This document shows, in pieces, positions 9,148 through 16,093 of a stretch of 64,000 bases of DNA (its first letter is position 1; each line of letters starts with the position of its first letter). Position numbers and translations under genes: made by a program. The stretch lies in IMG/VR virus record IMGVR_UViG_3300028840_004314, positions 1 to 64,000 of that record. One strand, given 5' to 3'. The DNA comes from a virus. The notes below the pieces were generated by a model. That model was given only the letters and a program-made list of their open reading frames with translations. It made no database searches and was not told the DNA's origin.

Positions 9148-10082
9148 CCAACGACAAAGGGTTGGTGATTCATCTGGACAACGGACAGTCGTTCACCGTT
9201 ACTGTAAAGAGGTACAAAGGAGATGGTAGTGTAAGTGAAAAGGACATTGTTGAAATACTGCCGTACCTAAACGCCGAACTGGAGGATAACTGGAGTAAGC
9301 TGGGAGACGACGACAATGAAGACATGGAGGAAGGGAAGAAGTTCGACAAGTGTGTAAAGGACGGTGGTCGTGTACGTCGAGTGTCCGGGGAGAAGAAACA
9401 TGGCCTGGACAAGGATGAGTATGTGAACTACTGTTACAGTGGTGGAGATTCCTTCCGAGGTGAAGTGAAGAAGAAAAAGACAAAGGAGGCCTGTGGTAAA
9501 ATCCATCGCGACAAGAGCAAAAAGAAGGTGAACGAGACCTGGGACGAAGGTCCCTTCCGTCGGATGTGGGACGAGCAACAGGATCCCAAGGCCATTCTGA
9601 TCGCCAATCTCATCGCCGAGGTGTGGAATGGTGGCTTTGAACAGTGGGTCGCCAATACCTCCACGGGGGATCAAACAGACACCCGGGATGCCCTGGAACC
9701 CATTCAAGGGGAGAATGTAAAGAAGCTGGCCAAGATGGTGGATGAAATCATTTCCATGCAAGTTCCTGCCTCTACTCCTTGGATAGAGGAGGAGTCGTGG
9801 TATCAGGACAATGAGGAGAGGTTGGACGCCATGGATCGGGAGTTTTACGACGTGGATGAAGTAGTGGTCAATGAGTTGGACGCCCACTATGGTGGAGACC
9901 TTTCCGGAACCGCGAAGTACAATTTCGAGGGTATCCAGGTGGAAGGTGAAGACGGGAATTACAGGATTCGAACCAAGGAAGGGGTGACACATTGTAGTGA
10001 AGCTGCTATACTGGCGTGGTCAGGAGCCGACTCCATAACGGAGGAAGTACTGAAAGTGTTTGTAACTGAAGCCATCAATTAA
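9117..10082 (+). CDS. Multi-domain protein with a DMP19/DUF4375-like domain; possibly the frameshifted continuation of 7000..9147
   Basis: LIAEVWNGGFEQW motif; 31-nt overlap with the upstream ORF in the -1 frame. Confidence 0.7.
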   Translation: METYEEAGMLTNDKGLVIHLDNGQSFTVTVKRYKGDGSVSEKDIVEILPYLNAELEDNWSKLGDDDNEDMEEGKKFDKCVKDGGRVRRVSGEKKHGLDKDEYVNYCYSGGDSFRGEVKKKKTKEACGKIHRDKSKKKVNETWDEGPFRRMWDEQQDPKAILIANLIAEVWNGGFEQWVANTSTGDQTDTRDALEPIQGENVKKLAKMVDEIISMQVPASTPWIEEESWYQDNEERLDAMDREFYDVDEVVVNELDAHYGGDLSGTAKYNFEGIQVEGEDGNYRIRTKEGVTHCSEAAILAWSGADSITEEVLKVFVTEAIN

Positions 10083-10093
10083 GGTGACAATAG

Positions 10094-10810
10094 ATGGATC
10101 CATACTTGACATTAGTGAAACGTCTGTCTCTTATGGAGGCGGAGGCTTCCTTGGCCATTTCCGAGGCCTTGGACAAACCTGAAGATCTCTACAAGCAGTA
10201 CGTGGAGACAGAAAAGGTGGACGAGCAGGATTTCGAGTACTTCCGAGATCAGGATCCTACTGCCGACAAGTATCTGTCTTGGATGCTGAAACAAGTGGCT
10301 CGGTATGGAGAACAGTATTCTAATCTTGAGATCGCCAATGTAGTGAAGGAATTCGAGCAACAGAAGAAGCGGAAGAAACTGAGTCAGCCGGACATTAACC
10401 AGCATGACATGGAATCCGCCAGACATGACATCGAAAACGCCAAGAAGATGGAGACTCAGCAGGACAAGAAGAAGATCCAGGGGGAAGGGATTGAGATCCT
10501 GGAGGATGACGAGAACAAGCGTGTTGCACTGATCACATCCTACGAGGCCTGTCATAAGTACGGTAAGGGTAGTAAGTGGTGTGTATCTGCAGATCCTCCC
10601 CAGGGCAAAAAGGACTGGGATCAGTACTATCGCCAACGGGAGAGGATTTACATTGTATGGGACAAGAACAAACCGCATGACCCAAAGTACCACAAGTGGT
10701 TGATCGAAGTCCCATTACATGGAGAGCCAACCGCCTGGGACGCCCAGGACAACGATTATACATTCGAAAAGTATTTGGAAATCACTGGGTTCGGTGAGGA
10801 AGACGACTAA
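10094..10810 (+). CDS. Large-phage protein with DP..KY..W and YGxGxKWC motifs (possibly PcfJ-like)
   Basis: DPTADKYLSWM, ACHKYGKGSKWCVSA, WDAQD; leader ending LME-A / ISE-A. Confidence 0.7.
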   Translation: MDPYLTLVKRLSLMEAEASLAISEALDKPEDLYKQYVETEKVDEQDFEYFRDQDPTADKYLSWMLKQVARYGEQYSNLEIANVVKEFEQQKKRKKLSQPDINQHDMESARHDIENAKKMETQQDKKKIQGEGIEILEDDENKRVALITSYEACHKYGKGSKWCVSADPPQGKKDWDQYYRQRERIYIVWDKNKPHDPKYHKWLIEVPLHGEPTAWDAQDNDYTFEKYLEITGFGEEDD

Positions 10811-10849
10811 ACCAATCAGAACCTTCAAGTTGAATTAGGAGCCATTCTA

Positions 10850-12715
10850 ATGAAAGAGCAGTTATTTGAAACCAGTTTCGTGAAGGCCGACATACTTGAA
10901 TCTGATTCGGCGAAGCTTCCCAAGGGTGTCCTGTGTCAGGGTGTGTGGCCGATTTGCAACATCGGTAAATTGAACCACAACAATCGGATGTACGAGAAGG
11001 ACGTTTACGAGAGGGTGATCGCAAACGCCCTGATTACCGAGAAGATGAAGAACAGGACCCTGTACGGTGAACCCGAGCATCCTCAGGAGACCCAGTCGTC
11101 CTTGGATCGTACTTCTCACATCGTCACCGACATGTGGATCGATGAGAAAACCGACCGCGTGATGAACAGGATTGAAGTCCTGAACACCCCTGGTGGTCAG
11201 CTCATCAATACACTCCTGGAGGCAGGGTGCCTTGTGGGTGTATCCACACGGGCCGAGGGAGAACTGGAGGAGGTTCGCGAAGGTCAGAAAGAACCTTACA
11301 TGAGAGTCGTTCCGGAGTCGTACAATTATGTAACCACGGACTTCACGGCCGATCCCAGCACACTTGGGGCCATTCCTGTCCAAGTGGAGAAGAACGTCGT
11401 GAACCAGGTACAGGAGGCCTTGAAGGAAGGTAAAGTGGACAAACGCTTTGCCTGTTCCTTGCTGGAGTCCTGTAAGAGCAAGGAGGCGAAGACTCTTCTG
11501 GAAACCGTCCAGGAAAAGGAGGAGCCCACGGAGAAGGAGCCTACCAACGAGAAAGATGAATCCCCCTGGCGTAAGCTGAAGGTGGGAGACAAAGTGAAGT
11601 ACGAAGGAAAGGAGTACTCCGTCAAAGGTATTTCATTGGAGGAAAGCACCGTGGATATTTCAACCGATGATGGAACGGTGGTATCCGTCAATGATCCCGA
11701 CTCACTTGTCGTGATCACACCTCCTGATGGATCTGCTGTACCAGTTACTGATGAACCTCCATCATCACCCCCAGTGGACCTGGAGGACGTCGTTCCTCCA
11801 GGTCCCGATATTGACGTGGCCATGGAACCTCCTGGAGTACCCGAGGAGGACCTTGAGGCCGAATTGGAACCCGAAGGCCCCTCCGGACCAGAAGCCCTAG
11901 GCCTGGACCTGGAAGAGCCGGAGGAGGTTCCTGAGCTCGAAGAGGAGCCAGAGGAGGAGGAAGAGGACGAAGAGGAGATGAACGACAGTAAGAAAGCCTC
12001 CTCTGGTGATGACAAATTGGACGAGACGGACGATCAGAAGGCCAAGGAGTCCAAGACTCCCGCGTCGGACCTAACCAAGGAGATATTGTCCAACAAGATC
12101 GACAAGGCCCTGGCTGAAGCCCAACGAGACAAGGCTGTTGAAGTGGCCAGTGAGATTGAGGAACAACGTGTGAAGGAAATCGCCATCCTCACCAAGAAGC
12201 TGAACGCCCTCCGCGAAGAGTTGAAACCGGAGGACAGGAGTGTACTGGACCAGGCCCTGGCGGAGAACGAGGCCCTTCAGAAGAAGATCCAGGAAATGAA
12301 GAAACAGGCGAAGCTTCTTATGGAGAAGATCAGTAAGATCAAGGAGTCCTTCGCCGCTCAGTTGTCGACCGTTAAGGAAGGCGTCGTGAAGATGGAGGAG
12401 GACTTCAAGAAGAAGTTGGAAGAGGAGAAGAAGAGGTTGGCAGAGGAAGCCCACCAGGTATTTATGGAGAGATACGCCAAGTATAAAATCGAAACGTCAG
12501 GTCTGCCCGTGACGGAGAAGGTTCGAACACTTATCGAATCCTGCGACACGCCAGAGGAGGCGGATGAGTTGGTGGAACATGTACGCGATACGCTTCGCGA
12601 GAGTGCACTTCACTCCGAAAAGTTGGAGAGCGTGGATGTGGACGCCATGAAGGAAAACTCCGGCCAAGTTTACATTGATAAGGTGGTCGGGGATTTCATG
12701 GACGCGATGATATAG
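10850..12715 (+). CDS. T4 gp21-like prohead protease fused to an acidic, coiled-coil scaffold
   Basis: NHNNRMY, YGEPEHP, GVSTRAEG and DFTADPS motifs; C-terminal E/K coiled coil; directly upstream of the capsid gene. Confidence 0.9.
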   Translation: MKEQLFETSFVKADILESDSAKLPKGVLCQGVWPICNIGKLNHNNRMYEKDVYERVIANALITEKMKNRTLYGEPEHPQETQSSLDRTSHIVTDMWIDEKTDRVMNRIEVLNTPGGQLINTLLEAGCLVGVSTRAEGELEEVREGQKEPYMRVVPESYNYVTTDFTADPSTLGAIPVQVEKNVVNQVQEALKEGKVDKRFACSLLESCKSKEAKTLLETVQEKEEPTEKEPTNEKDESPWRKLKVGDKVKYEGKEYSVKGISLEESTVDISTDDGTVVSVNDPDSLVVITPPDGSAVPVTDEPPSSPPVDLEDVVPPGPDIDVAMEPPGVPEEDLEAELEPEGPSGPEALGLDLEEPEEVPELEEEPEEEEEDEEEMNDSKKASSGDDKLDETDDQKAKESKTPASDLTKEILSNKIDKALAEAQRDKAVEVASEIEEQRVKEIAILTKKLNALREELKPEDRSVLDQALAENEALQKKIQEMKKQAKLLMEKISKIKESFAAQLSTVKEGVVKMEEDFKKKLEEEKKRLAEEAHQVFMERYAKYKIETSGLPVTEKVRTLIESCDTPEEADELVEHVRDTLRESALHSEKLESVDVDAMKENSGQVYIDKVVGDFMDAMI

Positions 12716-12766
12716 TGTCGTCGCCCATAGTTAGCCACAACACTTAGTTTTGTAAAGGAACTAGTG

Positions 12767-14305
12767 ATGAAGAAATCGACCATTCAAAATCTGGCTGAGG
12801 CCAGGTATCAGCAGATCCTGCAGCAGCAGGAGCAGCTCATCGAGGGGTGGAAGCCCATCCTCAACGCGTGCAACAAGTGGAATGAGGAACACCGCGGAGA
12901 GCCCCTGGATAAGCACCAGATGAGAAACATCGCACAGTGCCTGGAGAACGCCTACATCGAGGGCTCCTTCCGCCAGCACAGCAAGATGTTTGAGGCCACC
13001 ACCGAGGACAACATCAGCTTCCTGGGCGTTCAGCTGCCCGTGATTGCTGCCATCGTTCCCTCGCTGGTGCTGAATGACGTCGCCGTTGTGCAGGCCTTGG
13101 ACCGTCGAACCGGTTCCGTGTTCTATCTGGACGTTAAGGCCGGCTCCACCAAGGGTGGTGTCACGAGCGGAGACGTTCTGATGGATGCCAAGACTGGCCA
13201 TGCCAGGACCAAGACCAACCGCCTGTACGCCGCGGCCATCGTCGAGAACGAGACCCTGGTGGACGAGGGTGGTGGAGGTGCCGCCACGTACACTGGTACG
13301 GTGGATTTCGCCCCCGGGTTGATCAACCTGGAGTACGTGACCATCAAGGATTCCAGTGGAACCGTGCTGGGCCGTTCCAACAGCTCAGGTACGATCACCG
13401 ATGCCACCTCCGGCAGTACGGGTGTTACCGGTACCATCACCGCGGCAGGTGTGTACAGCATCGACTTCAGTGCCACGTCTCTCGGCTCTGGAAATGGTGC
13501 CACGATCACCTACCACTACCAGTACGACCTGCCCACCGATGCCTATGGCAACAATGATGGTGTCCCCCAGATGGACATCAACATCAGCTCGAGTGCCATC
13601 GAGTCCATCGACTTCCCCGTGAGGTCGCGGTACAGCATCGGTGCCATGTTCGACCTGAAGAAGGCACATGGCATGGACCTCGAGTCCGAGGTTGTGAAGT
13701 ACCTGGGTGGCGAAGTCCGCTGGACCGTGGATCATTATGGCATCGACCTGATCGAGACCGCGGCCACTGGTGGGTATGATCCCATCGCGGGGGCCAATTT
13801 CAGCCCCGCGACCGCGATCACGGCCTGGAACGCCAACGTCGGCTCCGGTGAGCCCTGGATCTGGAAAAAGGAGGAGTTCATAGATCGTATCTATGAAGGC
13901 TCCAACAACATCCAGTCCAAGACGCTGCGCGCGATCGGTAATTTCATTATCGCCGATCTGAACGTGTGTCGTGTGATCAGCCAGCACAGCAAGTTCAAGG
14001 GCAATGCCAATATCACTGGCAAGAAGGCCCCGACTGGCCCGGTGAACATCGGTACGCTGGACAACCGATTCACCGTCGTTCAGGATCCCTTCCTGACCAC
14101 CAATCGTTACCTGGTGGGCTACAAGGGCGATCACTTCTTGAACGCGGGCATGATTTACGCCCCGTACATCCCGCTGTTCGCCAGCCCCACGCTGACGACC
14201 GCGGACCTGATCGCCCAGAAGGGCTTCATGAGCTCGGCTGGGTTCAAGATCACGAACGCCGGTATGTTCACCTACGGCTCCATCAGCGGTACCTACTTTA
14301 GCTAG
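12767..14305 (+). CDS. Major capsid protein (T4 gp23-like)
   Basis: VQALDRRTGSVFYL, DLKKAHGMDLESE, AGMIYAPYIPL; strong codon bias; candidate maturation site MFE-ATT. Confidence 0.95.
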   Translation: MKKSTIQNLAEARYQQILQQQEQLIEGWKPILNACNKWNEEHRGEPLDKHQMRNIAQCLENAYIEGSFRQHSKMFEATTEDNISFLGVQLPVIAAIVPSLVLNDVAVVQALDRRTGSVFYLDVKAGSTKGGVTSGDVLMDAKTGHARTKTNRLYAAAIVENETLVDEGGGGAATYTGTVDFAPGLINLEYVTIKDSSGTVLGRSNSSGTITDATSGSTGVTGTITAAGVYSIDFSATSLGSGNGATITYHYQYDLPTDAYGNNDGVPQMDINISSSAIESIDFPVRSRYSIGAMFDLKKAHGMDLESEVVKYLGGEVRWTVDHYGIDLIETAATGGYDPIAGANFSPATAITAWNANVGSGEPWIWKKEEFIDRIYEGSNNIQSKTLRAIGNFIIADLNVCRVISQHSKFKGNANITGKKAPTGPVNIGTLDNRFTVVQDPFLTTNRYLVGYKGDHFLNAGMIYAPYIPLFASPTLTTADLIAQKGFMSSAGFKITNAGMFTYGSISGTYFS

Positions 14306-14347
14306 TAGGCCCGGCGATGCTCTCTAGTCGTTAACGGTGAGTAATCA

Positions 14348-14379
14348 GGGAGGGGTCCGCGTGGCCCCTCCCTTTCTTT
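14348..14379 (+). terminator. Intrinsic terminator after the capsid gene
   Basis: GGGAGGGG...CCCCTCCC stem followed by TTTCTTT. Confidence 0.8.
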
Positions 14380-14414
14380 GTAACAACTGGGAAATGGTGA
14401 TTGGAGATTGAAAA

Positions 14415-15029
14415 ATGGTAGTGAAACAGATCATAGCACTGAAGAATGTAATGATCAACACCGGGATTGAGAAAGTACATCTTATTCCGAATGAGACGTA
14501 CAACATGAAGTTCCAGAGTGAACCTCAATTTCAGGCCTTGTTGGCCTTTGGCAACTTCAAGGAACACTTCTCGGAAGTGCCTGTACTTCCTCCGAGACAG
14601 GAGGAGCCTTCGGCGGACGTGGATTCAGAACCTAAGCGTCAGAAGGTCAACCATCCGCCAGTGGTGGAGGAGATTCCTCCCACAAGGGATGTACGGCCCG
14701 AGGCTGTCACAGAGGTTATCCCTCCCCTGAGGGACGAGGCCTCCGAGCAGGAGGACGATCAGAAGTCCGAGGACGATCAGAAGCCCAGACGGCGTAGGCG
14801 TCGTAGGAAGGCCGAGGAAACCACCGAGGAACTGCCCACCAGGGAACCAAAGGTGAAGTTGCAGGAACCTACTATTAAATTGGAAGTTGCCAAACGCGGC
14901 TGTGAAAACTGTAACAACGAAATGGTCTGTGTAGGCCAGTCCAATGTGGATGGTCTCCTCAAGACCAAGATGCTGTGTCCGGTGTGCGGGGAAACAGGTG
15001 TGATTACAGTCGATCCAAACCAGACGTAG
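14415..15029 (+). CDS. Hypothetical protein with a C-terminal Zn ribbon
   Basis: CENC...CPVC; poly-Arg stretch. Confidence 0.7.
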   Translation: MVVKQIIALKNVMINTGIEKVHLIPNETYNMKFQSEPQFQALLAFGNFKEHFSEVPVLPPRQEEPSADVDSEPKRQKVNHPPVVEEIPPTRDVRPEAVTEVIPPLRDEASEQEDDQKSEDDQKPRRRRRRRKAEETTEELPTREPKVKLQEPTIKLEVAKRGCENCNNEMVCVGQSNVDGLLKTKMLCPVCGETGVITVDPNQT

Positions 15030-15043
15030 TACCCAGGTAGAAA

Positions 15044-16090
15044 ATGTCTGAAACCATATTCAGTGTAGAGTCCGGGGATACACTTGATTTTGCTTGTGGG
15101 TATACCTACTCCTATGGCCCTGTGTTTTATTGTCCTGCGGACTTTGAAATCACAGAAGTACATATCTATTTGAAGCGTGTGTACAATCCGGATGGTGAAG
15201 ATGTCAATGTTGATTTGTACCGGGCGGATGAAGACGGACTTATAACTGGATCCATTCTTTCTACTGGTTCCGGTAGTACTGCGGGATTAAGTACAAGTAC
15301 CCCTACTTGGTATCAAGTCAACATGTCGTCGTATAATCTGTCTGTTGGGTTGAAGTACATTCTGGCTTTTTGGTCGAACTCCCCAAGATACTTTCAAGTA
15401 CGTGGTACGGCCGATTTGGAAACTACGGATCCTGTAATAGGTAATTCGTATACAGCCAATCATTGGAGTACTAGTACAATGCAGAACTCCAAGGGCTTTG
15501 AGTTGTTATTCAAAGTCGTTGGGAATTATGGTGCCAGTGCTTATCTACTCAGGACGGGGTGGATAGGGTACATCTATCAAAATGCAACACTGCGACAAAC
15601 AGCCACGTGGAGAGCCCAGACTTTTACAACACCCGCGGACGGGTTTACGATGACTCGTTTTGATACACGACTTCTTCGTAGTGCGGGAGCGTCGGGAACA
15701 GTGTATGCGGATTTGTTTGCCACGGATGGATCAGGACATCCAACTGGATCTGCTCTGGCCACGTCGTCCATTGATGCTTCTACATTAACTACAAACTCCG
15801 TTGGGGCCATGACGCCGTTTACTTTTAGTTACGCCTTGTCAGGGTCCACTAAATACGCGATGAGTTTTCGAACGGATGCCACAGCGGATAATGTGGTGTC
15901 CATTAGGAGATCCCCATCCGCCACCTATTCCAGATATGGTGGAGGGAACTATGAGGTTTCCGCGGATCAAGGATCCAGTTGGACAACGTACACAGCCTAT
16001 GAACATGAATTCTCCATTTATTCAGAATTCAGGTCGACGGCGGGAGCCGCCCAGGCCTTTCATCATTATCAAAAGTTAGCTAGGGGCTAG
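15044..16090 (+). CDS. Virion protein with two related beta-sandwich domains
   Basis: Internal similarity (VDLYRAD..G..TGSIL / ADLFATD..G.PTGSAL); AQTFT motif. Confidence 0.65.
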   Translation: MSETIFSVESGDTLDFACGYTYSYGPVFYCPADFEITEVHIYLKRVYNPDGEDVNVDLYRADEDGLITGSILSTGSGSTAGLSTSTPTWYQVNMSSYNLSVGLKYILAFWSNSPRYFQVRGTADLETTDPVIGNSYTANHWSTSTMQNSKGFELLFKVVGNYGASAYLLRTGWIGYIYQNATLRQTATWRAQTFTTPADGFTMTRFDTRLLRSAGASGTVYADLFATDGSGHPTGSALATSSIDASTLTTNSVGAMTPFTFSYALSGSTKYAMSFRTDATADNVVSIRRSPSATYSRYGGGNYEVSADQGSSWTTYTAYEHEFSIYSEFRSTAGAAQAFHHYQKLARG

Positions 16091-16093
16091 ACT

